NCBI GenBank assembly: GCA_028289135.1
Contig: JAQGGW010000001.1
Location: 76,018-140,017 of the forward strand
Source of the DNA: Candidatus Saccharimonadota bacterium
GTDB taxonomy: Bacteria; Patescibacteriota; Saccharimonadia; Saccharimonadales; JACDBH01
Direction of reading: 5' to 3'
Length of the DNA: 64,000 nt
The stretch's first letter is position 1. Each line of letters begins with the position of its first letter. Positions 43,401-55,100 of the stretch are shown here, one piece after another. The notes beneath the pieces are model-generated. The model was not told where the DNA came from and did not search any database. It was given only the letters and a program-made list of their open reading frames with translations. Made by a program: the position numbers and the translations under genes.

Positions 43401-45331
43401 CTCAAGTTACCGCCAGCGATATTAACCGTTTGCGTGGCCGCGGTAGCAAGGGCTGAACTCAAAATGCTGACACTCGCACCCGTGGCCGTCGACTGGCCGA
43501 GTAATATCTGTCCTGTTTGCGTGGTCGATCCAATAGTGATTGTTTTAGCAACGCTATTTGAAGTGGCGCCAATGCCAATATCTGGAACGCCGGCTGAGCT
43601 GGCACCAACATCCAATACGATGCTACCTGCTGTACTACCGGCTGTAACTGAGCCGGATTGCAAGGTTAAGACACCAGAGCTGCCGCTTGTTGCGCCGCCA
43701 GCACCGGTAGTAAGTGTAATACCACCACCAACACCGGTTGCTCCGCCCTGGCCCGCCTGCAATGTTAGTAAACCGCCAACACCTGAACCAGTTGCATGTG
43801 CCGCACCGGATGAAATAGTCAGGCCGTTACCGCCAGTGCCAGAATTAGACTGTGTTTCCACTCCTATTGTTCTGGCTGTGGTGGCACTAGTTATTTGGCC
43901 TAGTGACAGGTCATAGCTTACATTGGTGGTGTCGGTTGTGCCGCCATTGTTAATGCCAACCCGGCCGTTACCTTGTACGACAAACAATGAGGCGCCAAAG
44001 GTTGAAGCCGAAGCTGGAGCGCGTACACTAAGCAAACCTTTTGTAGCACCAATAGTTCCAGATGACTGGTCTTGGATATCAAAGCCGTTTCGCGTAGCGC
44101 TGTCTAGGATTATTTCTGGCGTCGTACCGCCCGTTGAGGCATTATATGCATCCTGCAATTTAACGCCCGTGGCACAGGTTGCGAAGGTCAAAATACCTGC
44201 TGTGCCGCTATTTTGCAGACATTGGTTAGCCGAACCAATTGAGGTTGGTAGTGTTAAGGTGTAGTCACTGCCCACCCCGCTTGATGTTATGTTTACAAAG
44301 TTAGACGAACCATCGGAAACAGCCAAAATGCCGGCAACGGAGCTAGTACCAAGCGTTTGCGTTCCGCCCTGAACAGTTAAGTTACCTACGTTTGTAGTGG
44401 TAAAGGCTGCACGGCCTAGGAGCAGGCTCGAAGCGCTGGTTGCACCCAATGATATTGTTCCTTTAGTAGCGCCGGTTCCAGCATCGATAGTAATGTTGCC
44501 GGATGTGCCGGTTGCATCACCCGAACGGATATTTAAGGCGCCCGAGTTGCTGGTTGTGCCAGAAGCATTGCCGGACTTAATTAAAGCAGCAGCCGAGTCG
44601 GTACTAGCCGCATATGTATTGCCACTATTCACATTGTTAGCCATAAATGCGAGCGGAACTGCAGTGGTTTGGATACGCGGCGTCATTTCTGTGTCCCAGG
44701 TTGGGGTAGCTGTCTGGGTGCTGCCGCCGACACGCATAGTCAAGTAGAGTTGTTGGGACCAATCGATGGTGGTTGGGAAGGCTACACCGCCATTGTTAGT
44801 GTCGCCTAGGACAACACTAAAGTAACCATTAGTTACTCTGACTCGGTAATCATTGCCTGAACCTATTGGTGCTGCACCGTCTGTGTCATAGCGGACTTCT
44901 GTCCAGAGACAGCCAGGATCTGCAGTTGATCCTGGTGTCATAGTACAAACACCAGGGTTAGGAGTACCAGTGGAGGTGGTTAGATTGTAGAGCTTGAACT
45001 CAATGTTGTAGTAGCCGTCAGCAACTAGAGAACCGGTGTTACTGAGTAGGCGGCCTTGGAAGTTGAGGGTTTTGTTGGTTGTGAGAGCCAATGCTGTTTG
45101 AGGTGCCTTAAACCCAGCTAAAAGCACGCTGCCTGGGATCAGCAAAAGGGCTATTACGAGAATAGCCTTTTTGCAAAGCAACGTGCTTTTAGCCGGATTT
45201 AAGGTGTTATTTGCACTTTTAGTAAACAAATTTAAAAGGGTAGGAATACGCACCGACTTTAAAACAAAGTCAGCAAGTATTCCTACCCTTGGTATTCGCT
45301 TGACGCGGGGATCCCTTCCCGGTTTAAGCAT
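40490..45331 (-). CDS. Giant surface protein B (~1613 aa): LNFQGRL domain and G/S/T-rich beta-solenoid stalk
   Basis: Same N-terminal domain as A and C; repetitive xINIx(G/A) strands; NGGMYYNS..GRFRCYENGAW. Start moved to ATG 45331 because the AAAGGA SD and leader align with A and C. Confidence 0.85.
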   Translation of the reverse strand: MLKPGRDPRVKRIPRVGILADFVLKSVRIPTLLNLFTKSANNTLNPAKSTLLCKKAILVIALLLIPGSVLLAGFKAPQTALALTTNKTLNFQGRLLSNTGSLVADGYYNIEFKLYNLTTSTGTPNPGVCTMTPGSTADPGCLWTEVRYDTDGAAPIGSGNDYRVRVTNGYFSVVLGDTNNGGVAFPTTIDWSQQLYLTMRVGGSTQTATPTWDTEMTPRIQTTAVPLAFMANNVNSGNTYAASTDSAAALIKSGNASGTTSNSGALNIRSGDATGTSGNITIDAGTGATKGTISLGATSASSLLLGRAAFTTTNVGNLTVQGGTQTLGTSSVAGILAVSDGSSNFVNITSSGVGSDYTLTLPTSIGSANQCLQNSGTAGILTFATCATGVKLQDAYNASTGGTTPEIILDSATRNGFDIQDQSSGTIGATKGLLSVRAPASASTFGASLFVVQGNGRVGINNGGTTDTTNVSYDLSLGQITSATTARTIGVETQSNSGTGGNGLTISSGAAHATGSGVGGLLTLQAGQGGATGVGGGITLTTGAGGATSGSSGVLTLQSGSVTAGSTAGSIVLDVGASSAGVPDIGIGATSNSVAKTITIGSTTQTGQILLGQSTATGASVSILSSALATAATQTVNIAGGNLSLSGAGKTINLATGSVIAGTTLSVNIANNASAAGTIAVVVGSNGASGHTTLIQGGTSASAITLQTAGGASSAINIGANAVQKTINIGSVGAVIGASAIHIADTSDATTIQSVIIGSNANAAHTTLIQGGSGTAITLTPQTTGTITIGATGGSGIITLGSSTTTQTVNIGAGTGVPTVNIVNGSTTGSSVTIAGQATASGTDTINIATGNTSGTGAKTVNIANGTPAGGVNTVNIGSTALASTLLLQGGTGTGASAAIKLTAASGGDITIGNSSGAGVVNLNSNVTITAGKNITFGASGNFNQSASSGSFSTGTGTATLNGNTTVTGGKSLTVATGSTFTNASSTLFTSIPVSMSAGGNIPSGGSGSTGASTTVDVATTFDITETTGSQTLTLPTPGVATSGRVVYVNNVGSVSFTLYGVVLAAGNSNSYMWNGTGWTSMQGAGVGGSGVNTIGTFSSGTSYANGATITGGNTITLGSASGSTPGLLNGTTQSLDGDKTWTGNTTMTGTLLQKSDSSSAFVLQDSTATYNNLAFDSSTNRLRVYNHGGTRTDYLEMYYDNATSTGIIASSSGTTQIGSGTGSGGNINLLLTNATDQLIACKSSSTSCGTGLTATAAYSTNDFYFRRNVTGTSYALTGNLMTVEDLSTFTSGSSAPNLLYLNQANSSATGNLLLAQTGGATDVFKVSTAGIVTVKAGGTLTSGGALTVSSGGATVLNVDTGGAAALNIAPTNATSIVIGGNTAATLTEKVANSSTAAYNLQTAGGTAFLTLDSTNSRITVGASDTTGTLLILDTKTGSGDPTGVNGGMYYNSNAGRFRCYENGAWADCLGYRHLLTVASDIPSTASVACQNVTALTFSVTSGVVYRYHAHILHTGTATTIGVGYGVSAPASPTLFSQIQNTPSAATTLLTQNINAISTCTASTASFSTTGNIDEVDGVIVPSASGTFQFLFAPETATASGVVIRAGSTLEWW

Positions 45332-45357
45332 TTTGATTTTCCTTTGATTGTTTGTGT

Positions 45358-45661
45358 TTATTTCTTTTTGTAGAAATAATTTTTGTCTTAATCCCAAGAA
45401 CTTTTAATATTTGTTTAGGATTAACCCCTCTATTATACCTGCCCTTATTAGCCATGCTCAACCCTTAAAGACTACTTTTCTGTACTCGCCAAAAAGCTCT
45501 AATATTGTGAATGTTGTTAAAACATTAGTAGCACTTCTTACAACGTTAATTCATCACAACAGTTCTTAAGCTTTTTTCTTAACTGTTAACTGAGAATCCT
45601 AAAAATTGCATATCGTAGCAAAAAACGCATCATTAATTTAATCAGTCCAAACTTATCCACA
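45358..45661 (-). promoter_or_regulatory. Conserved upstream module of giant gene B
   Basis: Hairpins 45358-45379 and 45388-45424; -10 TATAAT 45432-45437; -35 TTGAGC 45456-45461; sites 45528-45544 and 45615-45631; TTATCCACA 45653-45661. Confidence 0.8.
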
Positions 45662-45688
45662 GCACCCTACCTACATTTCTACAAAATT

Positions 45689-46150
45689 TTATTGGATAAG
45701 GATATAGTCGAAGTTATATGTTGTGCTGGCAGAAGGCGCGTCCAAGAAGTGAATAACAAAACCATCCGTGGTGTTAGTTACAAAATAGCGGGCCGTGGCG
45801 CTGTTGGCGTCTTTAGCTGTCAGTGCAATCCGCGGTGCAGTGGTATATGTCTTGTTAAATTTAACTGTTATCTGCTCACCCGCTGCCAGTGTATAGGCTG
45901 GAGTGTACAAGGTTGCAGCAGCAGTCGTACCAGATGTGTAGCTAACGGTACCAGCACTGTCGTTACCAACAATTGCAAAGCTGCTGTCTTTGCCTGTCAC
46001 GGTGGTGCTGGCTCCCAAGACAGCCGTCGGTGCATTGCCAGAAGTAATAATCCTCGCAACCGTAAGCTGCTGTAATACTGTGTCGCCCTTCACTGTCAGC
46101 CCGCCAAGTGTCGCATTGCCGCCAATTAGTCCAAAGTGATCAAAATCCAC
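45689..46150 (-). other. Orphan C-terminal domain of a giant protein, out of frame with gene C
   Basis: IITSGNAPTA...GNDSAGTV...TVKFNKTYTTAPRIALTA...TTYNFDYILIQ; the only start is a GTG inside gene C; -1 frame relative to C; no signal peptide. Confidence 0.6.
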
Positions 46151-49100
46151 ATCCGATTGTTAGCATCTGTTTTGGCTGTTGACTTGCCCAATATCGAACC
46201 AGGCTGCGGGCTCTGGACCGTTATGACTGACCCAGAGCTTGATGACACCACCAAGCTGCCCGGCTTGATTAGCGGAATGGTGTTTGTGACGGATACCTGC
46301 ACCGCTCCGCCAACCGCGACTTCTATCTCATCACCCTTATGGATAGCTTGGGTAACGGCTACACCAATAATGCGTGTGTCGTCGTCCTGGGTGCTCACGA
46401 GCACTCCGCCGTCGTTATTTTCGTCCAGGATCACCACCTTTCCAGGCTCAATCGGCTCGCTGGCAATAAATTTACGGATGGTGGCTGCCCGGGTGTTTAC
46501 AGGAGCCACGACCTTTATATCCCCGCCAAATTCAGCGTTGCCCGAAACCTTAAGAGTTACAATGCGTGCTTCGTTATTCACGACCAGTGTGTCGATAGTT
46601 GCAAGACCGCTGGTGTTGAGGTCAATGAAGCTGCCGTTTATGGTCATACCCTGTGCTATGCCGCTGGTTTGGACGTTGTAGAAGCTTGGGTTAATAAACA
46701 CGGTTACCGAGCCAGTGCCATCGCCGCTGAAGCTGCCCATACTCATACCCACAATCCGGCCGTTACTGATTGCTTTTACACCCACTCCAGGCTGCGTCGG
46801 TGAAATTGTAATTGGATCACCAGCCACAATCGGACCATTTTCGGCACTGACTTTAACAGGAACGCGTCCAGCTAGAGCCACCGGAACTGCACGGGCACCG
46901 TCGATGGTGGCGTCACTCTGTGAAAGCCTAAGTGCGGGATTGGTAGAGTAAACACCAACAATAGCTTTTGCACTGGCAGCATCACCCTTTTGAACAAATT
47001 TCTCTTCACTAGGGCTAATGCTAACGATGTCACCTGCCGCCAATGTATCATCGCGGGTTGGGTAGTCTTCGGCAAGGTCATAGGAGCCGGATGTTGTATT
47101 GATGTTGCTGCTAAACAAGAAGCTGCCGGCGCTGCTGCGGTTAGAATCGGCCTGGGTATTGCCAACGTAGCTTATTGCAGCCGCAGGGCTGTTGGAGGTA
47201 TCGGTCGCAAACTGTAGAGCAAAGGAATTCTGTACGGTCTTGGTATATGTATACACTGCGCCTGTTGTACCTTCTTCTGTGCCAATATATAAGGAGTTGC
47301 CATAGGCTATCAAAGTGTCGACCTGATCAACAGCTGTTTGGGAACCAAAGGTTCCCCGAGCTGCAGTATATGCTTTGACGTATGGTTGCCCACCCGCGCC
47401 ACCACCAGTTATATATTCGTAGACGGCACCGGCATCACCAGCCACTGTCTTTGTGGCCACGTACATGCGTCCATTATAGACCTGGATAGCCGTAATGGCA
47501 TCAATATCTGTCGCGTCATTTACGGAATCAACACGACCTCTGATTGAGGAAGTTGTTCCAAAAGGACTTGCACCTGCAGCGCCTGTTGAACCCTGCATAA
47601 CATAAACTTCTGCCAGGTTTGTGGCGCCAGTACCAACCCAGAGCCAACCATTCCAGACCTGCATAGTCGTGATGTCCGGGATGGCCGTAATACCCGCCTG
47701 GAGCTGTCCGGGAGTCGTATTCCATAGCGTCATAACAAGGGTTCCACTTGATGAGTCAAGGCGGTAGATGCGGGCTGTGGTTGAACCAGTTATCGTACCC
47801 CACCAGAGATAGCCACCATAAACTACTAGTGGTCCACCATCGATGTCCGCGGTAGCCTCGGCTAGGCCTTTACCCAGCGTAGTGTTCAACCGTGTCCAAG
47901 TAGTAGAGCCGTCGTATCGGTAAATTCCCGCATTGTCAGTACCCCTCGTTACCAGGTAAAACTTGGTACCATAGACTGCCATACTCGAGACGCCTTCTAC
48001 GCTGGCATCCGAACCAAAGGTACCGCGCGTCGCCAACTGAAGCGTCCAAGTCGTTCCATCGTACGCATATACTGCACCCGTTGTTGTGCCAGTTTGCGTA
48101 CCAGCATAGAGCTTACCGTTATAGACACTAAGAACACTGGCATCAATGTTTGCAGTGTCGCCTGAAATAATCTTGCCGCTTGTGGAATCAGTAACCTTGC
48201 TCCAAGTCTTTCCATCACCGCGGTAAATGGCGCTGCCGTCTGTCTTTTTTGTAGAAATATATAACTTGCCATTATATACGGCTGAACTGAAAGCTCCTGC
48301 AACGCTTGTATCAGACCCAAATGTACCGGCAGTTCCAACTAGAGTTACTGCGGCTGGTGAAACATCCGCCTGGCCGCCAACAACAAGGTTACCGTTGTTA
48401 GTCTGTGTAGTATTTACTGTTAGCCCATTGTTGCTTACGCTGAACAAAGAGGCCGTCCCTAGTGTATTTAATACCGATAAACGCTTGTTTGACAAAGAAG
48501 TGTTAGATAATACAGAAATACTGCTGCCTAGCAAATTGGCTGATATTACATCCAAATCACCGTCACCATCAAGATCAATTATTGCGACGTCCTGAGTTCT
48601 CGTTCCAGTGGCGTAGTCGGTATTTGCACCAAATGTACCCGTACTAGTACCAAGTAACACCGATACGGTGTTAGAGCTATCGTTTGCAGTAATAACGTCT
48701 AGATTACCATCTTTATCCAGGTCCCCAATCCTAAAGCTATCAATAAACGCTGAGTTTGCAACCGTATAGTTTACCTCCGCGGCAAAACTTGACCCGGTGT
48801 TAATTAGCACGCCAATTTGGTTTGTGTTGTTTGCAATAACCAAGTCTAACTTACCATCTTTGTTTAAATCAGCACTTTGTACATATGTTGGCTGCGTACC
48901 TACGGTGTAGTCTGTTTTACTGGCCGCGGCAGGAGGGCTAGCGCCGAACTGGCCAGAACCTGCGCCGGTATTTAGATAAACTGAGACAACCGTGCCGCCC
49001 GCATTTGTAATTGCCATGTCAAGCTTACCGTCAGCATTAAAGTCACCGGTTGTGATGCCTTCTGGGTTGGCTCCAGTTGTATAGTCAACTTGAGTCGTAG

Positions 49101-52100
49101 GGGTAGTAGTGGCGCTAAACTGACCGGTACCAAGCCCGCTATTTATTAGAACTGACACTACTGCGCCTGAAGAATATTGCGGCACGGCTAGGTCAACTTT
49201 GCCGTCGCCGTTAAAATCGCCAGCCGCAAGATAGATATAGCTACCCGACCCCGAAATTGTATAGGATCCTGTTGCAAACGTACCAGTACCATTATTTATA
49301 AGTACTGTCACAGTAACGGTGCCGCAAGTAGCAGCTGCATCTAAGTAACCATCGCGGTTAAAGTCGGCTACTACCACACTCTTTGCATTTCCTCCGCCAC
49401 ACACGTTGGTATCACTTTCATTACCATAACCACCGATTCCGTTGCCGAAAAGCAGTCCAACATAACCGTTATTCATTGCTACGATAATATCCTGAATACC
49501 ATCCTTGTTAAAGTCACCTGCAGCAACACTATTTGCCTGGCTCATAACTGGGGAGTCCGTCTTTGCGTCAAACAGATTCGCGGTATTACCGCCAATTGTG
49601 GTATTGCCCTGTCCATCAACACGGACAAGCTGCTTGGCTCCCTGTCCGGAAATACTTAAGGAATCGTTGATACTGTTATTAAAAATATTTAGCGTAGGAC
49701 TGGAAGTAGGTGCAAATCCTAACTCGGCGTTCAGTAACACGGATATTGTGTTACCTCCATTGTTTGTACTTGCAAGATCAATGTTGCCATCATTATTGAA
49801 ATCAGCCGCTATACCAAACTGCGGAGCCGTTCCAGATGAAGTACCTTTTGTATAGTCAACCTTGCTGGCAAAAACGCCTGAACCCGTATTCAAATATGTT
49901 GAGAGCGTGCTCGTATCCATGTTTGTCACTGCCATATCGAGTAAACCATCTTTGTTGAAATCTCCAACGACTACACCTTTTGGATTTGTACCTGTTGCAT
50001 AGTCGACTTTTGTAGCAAATGCTACACCGGTGGTATTGAGTAAGATCGACACGGTTGCTGATCCATAATTTACAGCTGCAATATCGGGTTTACCGTCCTT
50101 GTTGAAATCTCCCACCGCTACTGCCAATGGAGTTGTGCCAACTGTGCCTGTCGTGCTTACGCTAACGGCCGGTGGGCTTGCGCCAAATAGACCTGCGCCA
50201 GAACTAGTGTTAAAGAGGATAGAAACCGTAGTTGCTGCGGAGTTGGAAGTTACGAGATCGACTTTACCATCACTGTTAAAATCTGCAGCTGCAATAGATT
50301 TAGGGGTACTACCGGCAGAATAATCTACTCTAACAGGGTTTGCCGTAGGAGCGCCCGCGCCGAACTGTCCGGAGCCTAAACCAGAGTTAAGGAAAATGGA
50401 AACATTTGAAGTCGTCTGTGCACTTGCCACTGCAATATCTAACTTACCGTCATTATTAAGGTCAGTTGCAACTATGCCAAATGGCAAAGCGACAGTTGTA
50501 TAGTCAACTTTTGTGGTGGCGGTTGGAGCACTAGCACCAAATTGAGCACTCCCTAAGGCCGAGTTAATAAAGATAGAGAAAGTGGCACTGCCGCTATTAA
50601 CCACTGCAAAATCAAGTTTGCCGTCATTATTGAAGTCGCCAGTTACAATGCCAGTTGGGCTTGAGCCCGTAGTGTAGTCAACTTTCGCTGCAAATGTTCC
50701 GTTTACTGCACCCATGAATATCGAAACAGTATTTGATGAGAAGTTAGATACCACCATATCGGAATATCCGTCTTTGTTGAAATCTCCTACTGCCGCATAA
50801 CCAGGAGCTGATCCTGTCGTGTAGTCAGCTTTTGACTTGAAAAGCCCAATGCTCGCCGTTGAGCCAACGCTAAGTGAGTTAGAGGTGGTATCTACATTTA
50901 AGACATTGCTACCCGAGCTATTTTGTACCAATAATGAAGAGGTTGAGTCGGCTGTATTCTGGATTGTTACGCCTACAGCGTTTATATTAAGCGTGTTACT
51001 GCTTTGGACACGCCCATCAGAATATACTGTGCTCCCTGCCCCTGTTACAATGCCGCCGGTAAAGTAGCCCTGGAAGAAGCGGTTGTTAAGGGTTGTGTAA
51101 TCTGTGCTGGTCGCGCCAATGCTCTGGGCAGTATATTTAGTAACTGTCGCGCTAGCGAGGTAGCTAACAGCTGGGCTAACCGTCAATGTCGTCGTTCCAC
51201 CACCGCTAACGATGCGCGTATAGTAATCTTGGCCAGAGGTGTTGTCGATGAAAATAATATCGTTGTTAGCAAAGCTGCCTGCTGCGGTCAGTATGACAGT
51301 AGTCGTATTAGTCGCTGGTGTCGCGCTCGTCGTCCCAGTAGTAGCGGTAGACGCGCCGGTGGCAATGATGTCAGTCGCGACCGTTAATTTATTGTTTGTT
51401 GAGTCTACGTTTAGTAGTGATGTGCCACTCGAGTTTTGAATCTGGAAAGCACTAACTGAGTTGGCATCACTTTGGAACAGGTTGCTGCCATGCACAGTCA
51501 AGCCGCCCTGGTAGTTATTGTTATTAGATACAGGTATATAGTCTTGCTTACCGGACGTCATAACATTATTAGTAACACTGATTGTACCTATCGCTACAAA
51601 CATGCCGTTGCCGTAGACGACACCGTGCCAGCTATCATCAGAGGCAGAGATACGGGAAGTCCAGTTGATGCCGTCTGGAGATGTCATAACACGGTTGCCC
51701 GTTCCTGTACTCGTTACGGCTACGAAGAGACCATTTCCGTAGGTAACGCTGTTCCAGCCATTGGTCGGTGTTGTCCGGCTAGTCCATGTTATACCGTCTG
51801 GGGATGTAGCCACATCAGACGTGGTAGGCCCTAACGCAACTGCTACAAATAGGCCGTTGCCATAGGTAATGCTGTCCCAGTAGTCTACCGACGGCAACGT
51901 ACGTGCCGTCCAGGTAATACCATCCGGGGAACTCATGGCAGCGGTATTGAAGTAGGATACTGCTACAAAGACACCGTTGCCGTAGGTAACTGAGTACCAG
52001 CTGACGTTAGCCGTAGAGACGCGGAGAGTCCAGTTTATACCGTCTGGGCTGGTCATCACGCGGTTGCCAGCATTGGCATCACAAGTGGTACCGCCAACTC

Positions 52101-55100
52101 CGCACGCAACTGCGACAAACAGGCCGTTGCCATAGGTAACGGACATCCAGTCATTATCGGCGGCAGAGGTGCGGATAGTCCAAGTTATACCGTCTGGGCT
52201 GGTCATCACGCGGTTGCCCGTTCCATCATTAGAGACGGCAACGAATAGACCATTGCCGTAGACAACGCTGTTCCATTTGTTATCGGCGGCAGAAGTTCGA
52301 GCTGTCCAGTTGATGCCATCCGGGCTGGTCATGACGCGGTTGCCGGTACCGCTACTTGCAACCGCAACATAGAGGCCATTACCGTAAGTAATGCTGTTCC
52401 AGATTAAGTTCGCAGCACCAGTACGTGAAGTCCATGAGGTACCCTTAGATATAATATCGCCAACCACTTCGAGCCTTGAATTACTGGTGTCGACACTCAA
52501 AACGTTTGTCCCAGCAGAGTTCTGAACCTGGAACGCCGTTGATGAATTTAGATCACTGGTAAATGTTGAACTACCATTGACAGTAAGACCACCTTGGTAC
52601 TTATTATTATTTGATACAGCTATATAATCCTGCTTTCCTGATGTCATGGCATGGTTACCTGTTCCATCAACAGATACCGATACAAAAGTGCCGTTACCGT
52701 AAGCAACAGAAGACCATGCGTTATTAACAGTATTAGACCGGATTGTCCAAGTAATGCCGTCTGGGCTGGTCATGACACGCGCACCAGATATGCCAAATTC
52801 TGAGATAGCGACGAATAAGCCATTGCCGTAGGTTATACTTTCCCAGTCGTTGGTATTAGGAGCAGTCCGAGTAGTCCAGTTTATGCCGTCTGGGCTGGTC
52901 ATAACTGAGTTAGTAATAGATCCGTCTGAAGCAACAGTTACAAATAAGCCGTTACCGTAGGTTATGCCGTCCCACATATTATTAGCGGAGCTCGTTCGGC
53001 TTGTCCAGGTGATGCCGTCTGGGCTCGTCATGATGCGGTTGCCAGCTGTGTTATTACAGAATGTACTACTAATTCCACATGCAGCTGCTACAAACAAACC
53101 ATTAGCATAGGTAATACCATTCCAGGCGTTATCTGCGGCAGAGGTACGGATTGTCCAGTTGACGCCATCCGGGGAGGTCATGACGCGGTTGCCGGTACCG
53201 CTGTAAGCTACAGCTACAAAAAGGCCGTTACCATAAGTAACGCTACTCCAACTGTTATCTGCGGCAGAGGTACGGATTGTCCAGATTATGCCATCTGGGG
53301 AGGTCATGACGCGGTTGCCGGTACCCGTGCTAGCAACTGCAACGAAGATGCCATTACCATATGCAACACTACTCCAACTGTTATCTGCGGCAGAGGTGCG
53401 GACTGTCCAGGAAGTACCCTTGCTTACAATGTCGCCAACAACTTCTAGGCGGGAGTTAAGAACATCGAGAGTTAAAGCGCTCCCCTTTGAACCTTGGATC
53501 TGGAAAGCGGTAGTTGAATCTGTTACAGCACTATCTGCCAGGTAGGCAGTCATGACGTTATTGCCTACTCCACCCGACCCTACCGCTATAAACACACCGT
53601 TGCCATAGCCAACTCCGTTCCAAGAGTTATCGACTGGATCAGTGCGGGTCGTCCAAGTTGTTCCATCTGGGCTGGTCATGACACGCGTTGACGTACCGGT
53701 AGTAGATACTGCCACATAAAGGCCGCTACCATAAGTGACAGACCTCCAGTTATTTGCCGAAGCGGCAGTCCGGCTAGTCCAAGTAGTGCCGTCTGGGCTG
53801 GTCATGACAGACCCGGCAGCTGACACTGCTACGTAAAGACTGTTACCATAAGTGACAGAAGACCAGGTACTACTGGAGGCACTTGTCCTGGTCGTCCAAG
53901 TAGTGCCGTCTGGGCTGGTCATGATTTCGTTGCCGGTGCCGGCAGTACTGGACACTGCTACGAATAAACCATTGCCGTAAGTGACTGACTTCCAGCTGGC
54001 ACTTACTGAGCTAGTCCGGGTAGTCCAAGTAGTGCCGTCTGGGCTGGTCATGATTTCGTTGCCGGTGCCGGCAGTTTGTGAGACGGCTACAAACACGTTA
54101 TTGCCATATGTTACCGAGTTCCAGCTGGCACTTAAAGAGCTGGTACGCGCAGTCCAGGTAATGCCGTCTGGGCTGGTCATAACTTCGTTGCCGGTACCGG
54201 CAGTACTGGACACTGCCACGAACAAACCATTGCCGTAGGTCACACTATTCCAAACAGCGCTAGTTGAACTGGTACGCATTGTCCAGGTGATGCCGTCTGG
54301 GCTGGTCATGACCTCGTTGCCAGTACCAGAAGTAGATGATACAGCTACATAAATGCCATTACCGTAAGCCACCGAGTTCCAAGTATCATCGCCGGCACTA
54401 GCACGTATAGTCCAAGCTTTGCTGTCAATATAGCTGTCGCCAATAGTAGTAACTTTTAGGTTAGTAGTACCTACTTTTAGAACCGGTACTCCGGCAGCAT
54501 TTTGAACCTGGAAAGCAGAAGTGGAATCGACTGAGTTTTGGAAGGAAGCCGAGCCGTTTGTGCCACTAAGAGTCAGTATGGTTTGAAGCGTGTTAAGGCT
54601 CGACCCAGTTGTGCCGGCTTTAGCAGTTTGGAATACCAAGTTGCCGCCAACTCCCGTACCCGTGCCCTGGCCACCTGCAAGAGTAAATGCGGCGCCAGCG
54701 ATATTTGAACCCAACCCCCCCGTTGACTGAAGGGTATACCCAACAGGAGTCACGCTAGTCAACGCATTACCGATAGTTAGGTTACCGCCTACTTGCAGTG
54801 CACCCGCGTTAACCGTTGTAAGACCGCTGCGCCCAATGGTTATTGCTGCCGCGTTGGCGATTCCGATCGAAATACTACCCTTTGTCCCAGTTGCCGTTCC
54901 AGCGTCAATGCCAACATTCCCTGAATTGCTTGTAGTCCCAGTCGCGTTACCGGACTGGACTGTTACATCATTCGAGTTGGTTGAAGCCGCATAAGTATTC
55001 CCTGAGTTAACGTTGTTTGCCATAAATGCGAGAGGAACAGCTGTGGTTTGGATACGCGGTGTCATTTCCGTGTCCCAAGTTGGGCTAGCTGTTTGGGTAG

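Noticed and set aside
45332..45397. TTG start at 45397 for giant gene B
   Set aside because: It lies within the conserved leader hairpins; ATG 45331 has the SD and matches paralogs A and C.
51540..54420. CRISPR array suggested by regularly spaced DNA repeats
   Set aside because: The repeats are in-frame coding units of a propeller protein; the intervening sequences are homologous; no cas genes.
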